A stretch of 64,000 bases of DNA from Tubulanus polymorphus. Lineage: Eukaryota; Animalia; Nemertea. The stretch's first letter is position 1. Each line of letters begins with the position of its first letter. Positions 25,569 through 37,900 of this stretch are shown here, piece by piece. The stretch is taken from positions 8,768,850 through 8,832,849 of the forward strand of contig NC_134029.1 of NCBI RefSeq assembly GCF_964204645.1, in the 5' to 3' direction. The position numbers were made by a program, and so were the translations under genes. The notes under the pieces are model-generated. The model saw only the letters and a list, made by a program, of their open reading frames with translations, was not told the DNA's origin and did no database searches.

Positions 25569-25905
25569 GTAGTGATATAGTCGTAAACAATTTTAAAAAC
25601 GTTAAAATTGTCGCCGTATTTTCATCCCTGATAAATGAACGACCAGTCCTTCACGGATCCTCAGTCATCAGCACTTCTAAATAAATAAATAAATCTCCCT
25701 TTTTCGCCCACTCCCATCATCTTATTCGAAACTGGACTCATTTGTTTTCTGTTGTTTCTAAAATCATCGTTCACCCTTCCATAACTAGACTATTACGTAT
25801 ATGTTTACAGATCACAGACAAATCGGTAGGTTTTGAATTCAGCCGTCACCTACGGTCCCGTTTAAACCCGTTTGATTCCGACAAGACGATCGCCCGCCGT
25901 CCAAC

Positions 25906-28900
25906 TCATAACTGCGTATACAAATGCGTGTGATACAGATCGGAGTTCATAGCCGGTAAATTCGTTCCCAAATGACACGGGCTGTTTTGTATGACGTGAT
26001 TGTGATGAGGCGGTTGCGTTGGGACTACTTCGTGGATGAGATCGGCGATTTCCTGGCGTAAACCGGTCACGATTTCTCGTTTCAGGTACTCCAGTTCGGT
26101 CTGCGTGAGAAACGTACCGGACGTCGACGTGGGCATCGTATTTCCGATCTCGCTAGGCGGCGCCGGTCCCTGCATGTTGCTAGAGCGCAGATTTCGTAAA
26201 ATGTCCCTCTTCAGATTGTCAAGGTGACCCGTAGCGCGTGCTGCCTCGCGCTTCCTGTCCTCCCTTAATTCGTACCTGCAATTAGATCCAGCATGATTTT
26301 CGGCATGATATTCCACGGACACGGTCAAAACACAATTTCAAGCTACGTGAAGTTCATTAATGAATCATTTTCACTTCTTTGTGTTATTAAGTCTACTAAC
26401 ACGACTTAAGAATATCTCAAGAGTTTGCTTTCTGTTCAAAAAAGCCTATGGGAAATCCAAGATATTACAACTTGGTTGTTTCATGTAGAATTACACCCAT
26501 AATGTTATTCCCCGGAGTTTTGAAAATTATTTTCCTCTAAGAAATCAGTTCAACAACCGTTTTACCAGAAACTATGGTGGCTGATTCGGGCCATAATCGT
26601 AATATGTCACTTTTTCTTCTCCGTATTTAATTTTCTTTTCCTTTCTTTTATAGGACTGCTTTCTTGTACAAGCGAACATTCGCATCAAAGCAGTCCTTCG
26701 TCTATAACGTAGTATTACATTTCTAATGCATTTGTTTATTCACTTATTCCGTTAACATTTTACATGAGAATAAATGATATCGTATCATACCATATGATAT
26801 CGTACGGTACCTTAAACTGGATATATCCTGTTTAATTTCCAGTAGATCGTCTTCATTGACGCCATCTTGTCGCAACTGTTTCTTCGTCTGGTGTATGTAC
26901 CTGCTCACAAGGCGTCGCATTACCTCCTTTAAAGAAAAACAGCACGCGACGTTGAGCACCGATTCAATCATGCATATAGTTACAATGCGCCGGTGTGGTA
27001 TCGATTATTTCGAAAAAAGAGCGCAGTACATAGGGGACCTATTAAGAGACACGTTTTTCCGAAAGAACGTTAGATACATTTATACATCTTAAGGATGGGT
27101 CAAACGTAATGACGGGGAAGCTTAAGATCGATACAACGAACTTTTCGAAAGAAAAGCTTGCCGATCGTCGATTGCCGTTGCCCAACTACGGGTAGTTGTG
27201 TGATCTTATGAGTATTTGTCAGAGCAATATACTGTGGATTCTATCAGTGTCTTTTACAAAAACAACAATAGAAAACATTGTAGATATGATTGGCCACCTT
27301 TTGAGTCTGCATCCGTCACAGCGATGCGATGTATACCGTTTGCCTACCGAGCCCCGGAGGTGAAATGATGGAAATATTCTTTTCTTTTCGTAGGAACGAA
27401 AACCACTACATTTTATATGGTGAAAAATATATTCCTTTCGTGCGAACGAAATAATCTATTCGCGGGAACGCATTGTATGACACGGTGAACTAATATTAGT
27501 CGTTTCATTAAAAATAGTTTTGTTTCCTGGGGAATGGTCATCATTTCAAAAATTCCAATGTAAAGATTATATCGTTCCGACGAAAATATACATTTTCACC
27601 CCACACGTCACCTACGCGGGGCTCCGTTTTTACCTGATATATTTGTCGTTCGTTTTCTTTCGCTTGCTCGGCCAGGTCTGAGTTCGGTGAGTTATTCGCC
27701 TGAGTCAGGTTGATCGCGCCGCGCGCTGCTGGTTGACTTTGTTGCGGATGCACAACGTGTCCATGGTGACTATCGCCATTGTAAGTTGGTCTCTGTAACA
27801 ATAACAAATGGGGAATAATAAAATACGCTCAGAGACCACGATAACAGGAAATGATTATTTTCTCAATTACACCATTCGCTTTGATTTTCATTATATTTGC
27901 TATATTGCCGCGGGTACCAATGCCTAGTGGTGGAAAAATATCCCCGGTATAAAAGTTTCATGGCAGAAATCCCCGTCTAACATCTGACAGGTAAAAAAAA
28001 ATCCAACTGGTAGAAAATCCCACAACTCCGTTATCTATCAAACCTAAAAGTTATTGATTCATAATCAATATACCCCGCCCAAGAAGCTCGTTTTTTGCTG
28101 CCGTTTATCTGTCTGCTTGTTTATACGTAAGGAATTTTTTCCGCACGTCAGCAAGTGCCCTTAAAATACAAGATTACTCTTGAGTAAAAATAATTTATTT
28201 TCAACGGCCATTCTTGGTTAGTAGTTCGATTCTACAGACCGAGTTTAAACGATCGAATTAAATCAACCAACTCGAAGAATCAAAATATTGTCGTTAGAGC
28301 AATTATTCCTTTAAATTTATTAATTTTGATAAGTATTCTTGCGAAATTCAACCTGGGGGATTTCTACCAAGGAGATATAACCTTGAGGCTCGCAGCGAAA
28401 CGACGCACCGTAAACTTTTCAAAATACATTCGTAATTTATAGTCTAGTGTAGTCTAGTCTAGTCTAGTGTAGTCTAGTCTAGTCTAGTGTAGTCTAGTCT
28501 AGTCTAGTCTAGTCATAGTCTATACCCAGCTACGCAAAAAAATACCGACCAGTGACCGATCATCAGTACTTTCAAATCACATCCATAATAAATTGAACTA
28601 AAATAAACCACCAAGTTTAACTAAGTGTCGAGACCAGGGTTCACGGTTCCTCAGGTTAAACTGAACAGCGTCGTGTTGTTTAAACGGTTGCGTTTCAGAA
28701 CTGACGAATCTTTTCGATAAGAATCTGTATCAAAAGTTTTTTGTTCTTCACACATCATTGGACTACGTAATTTTCGAAGGGGTAAACCCGAAGTTAGACG
28801 TCCATCTGGTGGAAATATATCGAAAGCGTTGAAGATAATACATATACGAAATATTTGGTGATATACAGATTATAGAAGATATCTGTTTGATACCGCATTG

Positions 28901-31900
28901 AACAGTTCAACGTGATATGACGGTGCAACACAGGTAACAAGCAAAACACAATATCATATAATGCAAACAAAAATATACAATAATTCAGCTATTAGAACAG
29001 ATCGTTTTTGTAGAAGTATCATCATTATCAATAGCTGCTTAAATATGCTATGCATGCCTCGCGTCAATGTGGTTTTAGGTTCATTTTCGGAGCAAAGCTC
29101 GCTAGGCATAGAATAGTTGGTTATCTAGATTCGGTGTTAATTAATTGATTCGCGTTTCAAGCCAATCGGAATGAATAGAACGTCTCGTTGTACACGCATA
29201 CAACAAAGTGTTTATCTAATGTATATGCGGATAATATCCGAGTTCAATCGGAGAGCAAAAGACTCTTTGATAGGGATGGTGATTTGCCGTGAGGAACGAC
29301 TTCAGAACATTTCTACAGAAAGGTGATAAAAGTAATACACGGAGAAAGTTTTTGAGGCTGGTGGCTATTTTCAATTTATTGACAAAGACAACGAGTCCCA
29401 CACCTCTATATCAAAAATGACGACGAACATACAAATCTTTGCTGGAATGTAAATAGTCATAGCATAGCTAGAAAGCAATTCATGTACAATAAGAGCTTAG
29501 TAGTTTCATAAAGGGGAGGGGAAGATAATCGATATAACACAGTAACGTTACCGAACCGAAACCAGTCCCTGTCTTCATATCAGCTTGGAGTACTCAGTCT
29601 GATTACTCCAGGATATGAGTGAATGAATGGAAGTGTAACCTGGATGACACGTCCATGTTCCTGATCACCTTCTCAGTGAAAGAGTGACAGGGAGACACTG
29701 CCATCATCGTGATCTTCACTCCCGAATACGGAATAAAAGAATACAAGTGATAAGCGTATGTCGGCGGTGTCTTTTATAGAATTAGACAGATGGAATAGAA
29801 GTTGCGTATATCTTGTTGAAACAAAAAGAAATATCAATAGCGTTAAGCCCAAACCGAACAGCAATCTGCCACGACGTTAGATAGAGAAAAATAGCATCCG
29901 CAATGTGTTAGAGAAGCGAGAAAGTAGTGCAAAATATAAATATATACATCTATTACCTGGATCTCTACATCTTTACAATTCGTTATCCCATCAGCTGTGT
30001 TCGCCTAAACATAGTTTAAATTGTTCACGTTTACCATTTAAATTTAATTTATTACAGTTTCCAAATAACACCCCGATCAATTCAGTAAATCCGCGCCAGG
30101 ACTCGAACCCAAACCTAGGATATAACGTGATGGTTAGAGTGAAAACGAGATTGTCGTCTGTTTGGCCAATTATTCCCAAATGACAGTTACGATATCAAAG
30201 ATAAATAATTAGCTGTCACCGTTGTTTTCTGGCAATTGTGAAAACGTACCACACGTTTACGGCAAAACCTTGCATATATTTGCACACTACCATGAAAACA
30301 AACAGCTTCATTCGTCAAAATCTATGATCTGGTTACACCATCACGAAAATGGAAATCAACGTGCGCGGGAAATGTTAAATGTTTTGCTAAGATAGTGAAA
30401 CTTTCGATAGATCGCTCGGATCAAAGTAAACAGAGGCAAGTTTAATAGACTGTTTATCTTAAACCCGGGGTTAACTCCTTCATTTTCAATCGAGTTAACC
30501 CCAGGTTAAAGTTGATTAGACAGTCTATAATACCAGTCCACGGGATTTTATGGAGTCTACGATCTTTTACGGAAGCTTCGTGTAGAACTAGGGGGACTGT
30601 CCACGTTTTAGACCGTTGCAAAAAAGCTCACCTTAATCGTGGCTTCGTGAGATTTCCGACGAGCTTTCTTGCGTTTCTTTTTGCCCGTCATACATTTACA
30701 GAGCAGTCTCTTGAACGCGCGCAGCATGTAATAGACGGACTTAGGACTGATGATAATGTTGAACGGAGACGGCAGCGTTGAACCTTCGTCGAAGTATCCC
30801 ATCCATAACTTCGATCTGGCGAACTTCCACTCGCGATCAGCGTGGTCCTGTGTTGGTATAGCAGCGTAAGGAGGATAAATTTCGTAAGAAAAAATTGTGT
30901 AGGAATAAAATCGATTTCACTGCTGGTCGTTCATATGTATTGTGTATTATCATCGGATGAAAAATACAATGCTCATATATACATATGGATCTGTAAGATT
31001 TATAATTTGATAATTTATAGTATTGTGATTGATAGCGATCCAAAATACTCGAAGATATCAAGGAAGAATAATCATATGAAATCTGAAATAGATAATTAAC
31101 GATTAACATTTTCTATATAGTCAATCTATAAAGTAACGACACGGTACAACAATCCCACGTACATGCAAACATGCTTCTATCATATATAATTTTGTCCTCG
31201 ACTATAGGTTAATATTTCTGAGTATATCTCATCGCAAGGTATACGTTGCCAAATATTGTTGCATTTGCAGCATGCTAAGTGCAGAATAGTGTTATCATGA
31301 AGTTATCATATTTGGAATAGATGTATAGAATATGCGCTTCGTGCAGAATCTTAGCCGTCCGTCCGTGGAACTGTCGAAGAATGTTTTCTAATTTGTTTTT
31401 TCCGGAATATTCACGACGAATAGGAAACGATTTAGAATATATACAAGTATTACATATAACATATTTGTTAATCAATATTACGGTATACACGTATTTAGGT
31501 AAATTAATCGTTCTCGATGTATTTCCAAATACACATGTACGTTCGAATATCCCGAGGGTAGAGTTATATTTTTTGTTATGAATATTCCGGATTATGGTCT
31601 TACTATGGCCGCATTTTACCTCGATCGCCTGGAACGAATCGCTCATCATGGCGATTAGCATATTAGTAAGGACCGTGATACCGATCACGTGGTATGAGCC
31701 GAGTAACAACTGGCCAACCGTTTTAACGTACACTGATTCGCTAATATCTAAACTGCTTAGATGAGTAATACCGAATATTGACCAGAACAGCTGTAGAAAT
31801 GTGGAGTCTAATCTGTAAAGAGAATTTTAAGCTTACGTACTACACACACAGAAAGCCCAAGACGACAAGTACATACACAATGTTTGGTGCATATCCTCGC

Positions 31901-34900
31901 TGACCAATGTTTATCTCGGTCTGATGTTTCGTATGAACACTATAATGGTCACGCAACTATGTGCTTTTGTCAACCCGTGATGACGTCATTTGTCATCCCG
32001 CGATGACGTCATATCGCTGCCAAACACACTGTCAGAGTAATTTCATCAGATCTATACGGAATTTCTAAATCCCTAATGATGACGTCACATACAGCAGTGA
32101 TCTGATGTTGTGCAAGAGCCGTTTATTTTGACCCCTACTATGGTTATCACGTGACAAGAGCACATGGCAGAACAACCGACTTATTTTGAAGATAATATCG
32201 AAATTTCAACCATGGTCGAACGAGGTAAGCAAAAAACAAGCTGGGACCGAAACCTGCCAAACAATCGGAAAGCCTGATTGAGTGAGTTATGTAATGAATG
32301 TCGAGACAAATTTCGTCTCGGGGTTATTCTATACAGATTATCGTGAGGACCCTATAGTTGTGGCGTGGCCACATTGAGAAACCATGGCGTTAACTGAAAA
32401 AGATTTGAAATATATGTTCCCTGTAGATAAGGCTTGTACCTATCCGTGAAACGAGGCATTATGAATTATAGACATCATCACATAACAGGTCGTCCAGCAT
32501 CGCGTTGCATGTCGAATGAAATGCCTTCTCTTTCGATAACTCATCAATCAGACAGAGTACGTAAAATCATTCATTCACCGAGAAAAGTCAATGACATCGA
32601 AACAAGTATATATACATATCTAGACACCGCCTAGGGCTAGGAAGCGAGTGTTATATCACCATCAAGCTACATAAAACAACAGGAGGGTAAACGTTCTTTT
32701 AAAGGCACTTAATCGTTCGTTATAGCCGGGGTATTTCAAAAACGATAATATCGTCAATTGTTGGAGCTAGAATGTTATAAGTATACGTGTGACCTCTCGT
32801 ATTGAAAACAAAGTTAATGAAGCCTATTGATGACGCTGCAATGTTTCTGTTGTAGTCACTCTATACGCGAACAAAATTGTGAAACACGTTTTGAGGGGAT
32901 AAAGCTGGGCATTGATACACTTACGTTGTTGCTCGCAAGCAAGCGATCTCAAGGGGTTAACTTCCGAATGTAGCAAATGAAATCGGCTAATCCTATAAAA
33001 GAATATATTGCTGCGACGGTGTACTATAGCTTTTTCAAAAAATATCCCCCAGAAACAGCGCTATCGGGAACCGAGTGAACCACGAGAGCAGAAAGTTTTA
33101 GAATCAACATTACGGTAGACCTATCATTGATTTACTTCCTATTCTGACGAAAAACATTGTTTCTATAGGCGATTCATTTGAAATGTGCAACTCATGCTGC
33201 TTCGGTTATCAACATAACGGAGAAGGAGTAAACAGTGTGCATGCATTTTACGGATAGACAGAGAGTTAACCCCCGGGTAAGATAGCTATTTGAATAATTA
33301 TTTTGTGTACATTTTCTCTTCCTTTAAAGAAAATGTCTCTAAAGTCATTAAGGAGACACTGTGGATAGATAGATAGATAGAGAAAGAGAGGGCCGATTAT
33401 ATTTTTGTAAATTGGCTTAGAGAGTTCGGACGGGCGACTTTTGATAGGACACCTTGCGGGTAACAACATCTTTAGAATATGCATCGGCGCCCTTGCCTGC
33501 CAGAAAGTAAGACGCAGAAGTACTCCGGTGTGCAAAACGGATATTCAAATCATACCTTACATACAAATGAGGAAACTGGCAGGCGAGGAGGCAAATCTAC
33601 GTCTAAGATATAATATGCCAATATAGTATATTGATTATCGACCTTCAATCCAGGAATCCCATCAGTGTAGCTAATGAAACTTTTAACCAGGAACTTTTTT
33701 CAGAAAAAAATAGGCCATGACGAACACATCTGGTGAAGATCGATAGAACCTACATCTACCATAGAATATAAACGTGTAATATCGCTCAGTTTTAGATGTG
33801 TTGCTATATACCTCTATGGTTTGGAAGGAATTTGACATCATAGCTATTAACATATTTATGAGGACGATGATGGTCATTCCGTGATACAGTATGAACATAA
33901 GCTCCCCGATGAATTCCGGGAATTTTCCGTACGACGACGGGTATTTGTTTGGGTTGTTGTTGATCTTCACTTCCGAGCGATGGGCCAAACCAAACAGTGC
34001 CCAAAATAAAGTATGGAAACTCGATGTCAGTCTGTATAAATACAAAGAAGGTTGCGGTGTTTACATATATATAATATAGAATATATGAAAAATGGGTGGT
34101 TAGTGTGTGGGTCAATGGCTAGCGTCGAGCTTTCTATGTTATTTTGCTAGGCTTTGTCAGTCTCGAATGAGTTTGTCAAAAAGGATGGCTGATGAGGGTC
34201 GAACGAATATTGCCTGCATAATTAAATGACTGTACTATAAAGAGAATCCCACAATAATGACGAAAAAAGTCCGAAAATGTTTCCTTGAGCTAGTAGTTTA
34301 TACAACGTTTCGACTATAACCTTAAAGCCATCTTCAGGAATACTGGGTGTTTCTGAGCATCTGAAGATGACTATAGGTCATAGTCGCTTCGTTGAATAGA
34401 CTACTAGCCCAAGGAAACATATCTTCGGACTTCAATTTTTCGTCATTATTGTGTGCATCTCTTTAAAAATTATCGTCATAACACTGATATAGTGTAGTGT
34501 TTTATCAATCCTAAAAAAATGGTTGTACGTTTCTAAAAAAGAACGGTTCCGTCTGCCACGAATCAGCCACTCTATATTTGCTAGAGATTACCACTTTAAT
34601 CGCTGGGACAGAAAATACGAAAAGTCTCTATTTGAATTGCATGCTTAGATAGAAAATTGAACCCTGAATTTATCAATGTACCGTTCTAGAAAAACAAACA
34701 CGAGCGTTCGCAGTTTCCACGATTTAAAGTAAACACAAAAGCCCGACGTGCGTCACGTTATGTACAAGCGTTGATCGATGAAAGAAAAAAGTGCATGCAA
34801 TGTTCGGTTTATACTGAAAAACAACACTGACCGTCTCTGAAAATAATAATAAAAAGTACACATATAAGAGTCTGTTTCTGAGTCTGATTTTTGGGCGTCG

Positions 34901-37900
34901 AAATATCATAGAACGAACAAAACGAACTCGTTTTCAGAGCGTTGCACTTGTATGAATACATAATACACGAAAATACGCGTCACTCGCTGTGGATCCTAGC
35001 CCTATAGTGTCTGAACAGAGTAACATACCTCGATCGACTGAAATGAATTGGACATCATTGCTATCAACATGTTGAGCAGCACGATAATTGCCATACCGTG
35101 ATACACGATAAACAACGTTTCCCCGACCTTTTCCGGGAAATCGTAAACTTTCTGGTGCTGTGAGCGGTCCGGCGTGATATAAATATCTTTGCGCAGTCCC
35201 AGTCCAAACAGCGACCAGAACAGCGTCACGAAACTGGAATCCAAACTGTGGATGCAAAACATAACACACACCGTCATGTAGATAGATTGCACGAAAATCG
35301 AAAATCATTATTACACTTGTTTGAAATATTTTTGGCCAGTTTTGTAAGAATGGTAACCTTAGATTCAAACAGGGGGCTAAATCAATTCATTTTCAATTGA
35401 GTTAGCCCCTGGGTTAAAGTTATTACCAGTCTATGAAACCGGAACCGGGAATATTTGGTTCAGTCACGCGCGCGCATATCAACCAATCACGTGATCCCCG
35501 GTGACTAGTTGAGTCCAGATGCAGGGCGAACCTCGGTTTTCGTAGCTAGTCGACTAGTATGTTCGGAACTAATAACCGAACGCACTATAGTTCGGTCGTA
35601 ACGCATTTCACAGTGTCGGCCATCTTGGAAATATGTCCGAACTACAGCGACCGTGCTCAATCCCGCCGTCGACATTCTGAATCTGCCATTCGGTTTCACT
35701 TAGTTCGACTATAGTCCGATAACCGAAGTTCGCACTGAGCCCAAGTTATTCAATCACCTGACGCCACTATATCAACTAGTTTGGAGTCAAACTGCCTCAA
35801 TTAGCATTCGAATTGATTATATTCTAACTCTACACCAAAGATTCGCGTTGAAATCGGATAGAATAACCATTTCCATGAATGATGCACGTTTGTTAACATT
35901 GAGTCGTAAAAACTGACTAAGTCACCGTTGAAATGCGTTGTATGATATTGCGTTTAATGAACACAATATCGCGATGTATAAAAGAGAAGAGGAACGTTTC
36001 AAGGTTTTGTTTTCATTTGGTTGAACGGTTGACGTTTGATTGGTCATCGTCAGATACTAAAGGTTTAACGTTTAGGGACACTCGTGGGGAAGATAGCCTT
36101 CTTGATATACACATCAAATCCCAAATATCTGTCTTCTAAACAAATTGCATTTGTTAAAAATATCAGATTACCTGGCTGAGTCTATTCGCTAAACTGATTG
36201 GAGTTATCAGTGGAATAATATTAGTCGAATTGAGTGAAAACTGGTCCCAACGTGTTAATGTCACCGATATTTAGAATGTTTGTTTCCGCGTGGTATTTTA
36301 GCACGCATTCTATTTCAATTTGATATTTCGGTTACATACTATTTGCTCGTGTTTTTGATGAAATATGGTACAGCCGCCCTTATTATACAGGGATATATCA
36401 CTGCAACACGAATACATCCAACGTCAGCTTCTCTATCGAAAACTGATCAGTCACTTGAAAGAAGTGATTCATTTAATACTGAAGTAGCAGAGATGTCACT
36501 TTTAATTCTAAGTTAAGAGCCGTTAAATCGCATGCAAGGGATTCATAAAACCCTCGACGTTTTAAGTCCCTCATCAGCATATCGATTTATTCAGTTATCT
36601 ACATTTCGAAAACGCTTCGAAATTATTATCTTGATTTTGACACTATTTAACATGATATGGATTCATCTATTCTGTCAAAACGAATGCAAAAGAAGCCGAA
36701 AAAACCTATGAGAGGATAAAACTGTGATACAGCAGCATCTGACATTGGGTATAGACGCCAGTGTGCAAACTATTCAATTCGAATCTAAATCCATTTACTA
36801 AATCTATCATAATAGGGGCAATAAAGCTAGCCTGTAGTATTCACTTTTCATCGAAATCAAATGATACAATTTATCGGTTATATTACGGATTATATGTCAT
36901 TTCATAAGATTTCCGCTTCAATACAAGTAAAATGTGTTTGTTAATTGTAAAATAAACTTGTGTTTTTAATGTACCATAACAGTTTACGGGAACCAATATT
37001 TCCTCAATGATTTGCGAGATTCATGGCGGAAACAATTTGAATTGGATTTGATAATGTTTTGCTTAATTTCATAGGATTTGATATTTTCTTGCTGAATAAA
37101 ATCTAATTGAATTTGCAATCAAAGCGCATGGCTAATTAGCATATCACACTCATCCGCTCCTACGTTGCCGACATGAAAGAAAAGTGCCTCCGTGGTTCTG
37201 ATTGGCTGGTTGCCTATGAACTCAAGGGCGGCACCACCAGATGGACAACCGGGAATCGCCTTTTATTTTCTGTTCCAAAAATGTCGATGGGTAACATTCG
37301 CACATCTTTGTTTTACACAACCCTTGCATTAATTTTCAAAAACAAAATTTCTATGGTAAAATCAGTAAAGTCATACTCCCAAGAACCAGATCAAATTAGT
37401 ATTTCACGACAATCGAACTTGAAATAAAATTCTCAAGGAGTGAAGAAGTAGACCGCCGTGGGATTGCATGAACACCTGCTGATACGTGAAGCTTACCCAA
37501 TCAGAGAGGAGACATCGCTCTCCGATTGGATTTTGGAACTGGTATTTTCTAGATTCAGATTTTCGTGAAAACCCCCAGTGCAATATAGCCTTGGCCTTTT
37601 TCAAAATTCGGAATTGATCTAGGAATTGGAGTATAGATAATGATGAAATGAATGATTTCAGCGCATGATATTGGACGTCAGGCGCCGTAGTTTACTAGTC
37701 CAATATGACGCACGTGGAACAATTCGTGTGACGCCCATGCACTATCCCTATAGCAATAGACTCAATCCATGGCCTAATAGAATGGTATTAAATCGCTTAC
37801 TGAATGTGCAGCTAAAAGATAAACAAAACCTAAGAAAATACTCATTGAAAAAGGTTGGGCGGAAACCTTTTAAAAAATGATTTGAAGATAGTGCTCAAAA

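Noticed and set aside
29550-29725. Coding-looking stretch in the TRPC intron with a nearby GTAACG donor
   Set aside because: Stops in the frames tested, no good acceptor and no recognisable homology.
31620-35245. Pore exons as pieces of separate TRPC paralogs, or as one protein with three pore domains
   Set aside because: No duplicated flanking exons were found, and joining two or three of them frameshifts the downstream TRP-box exon.
36548-36580. Minus-strand CTGATGA...AAAACGTC hammerhead-like string
   Set aside because: Lacks the GAAA core and a convincing stem I or II.
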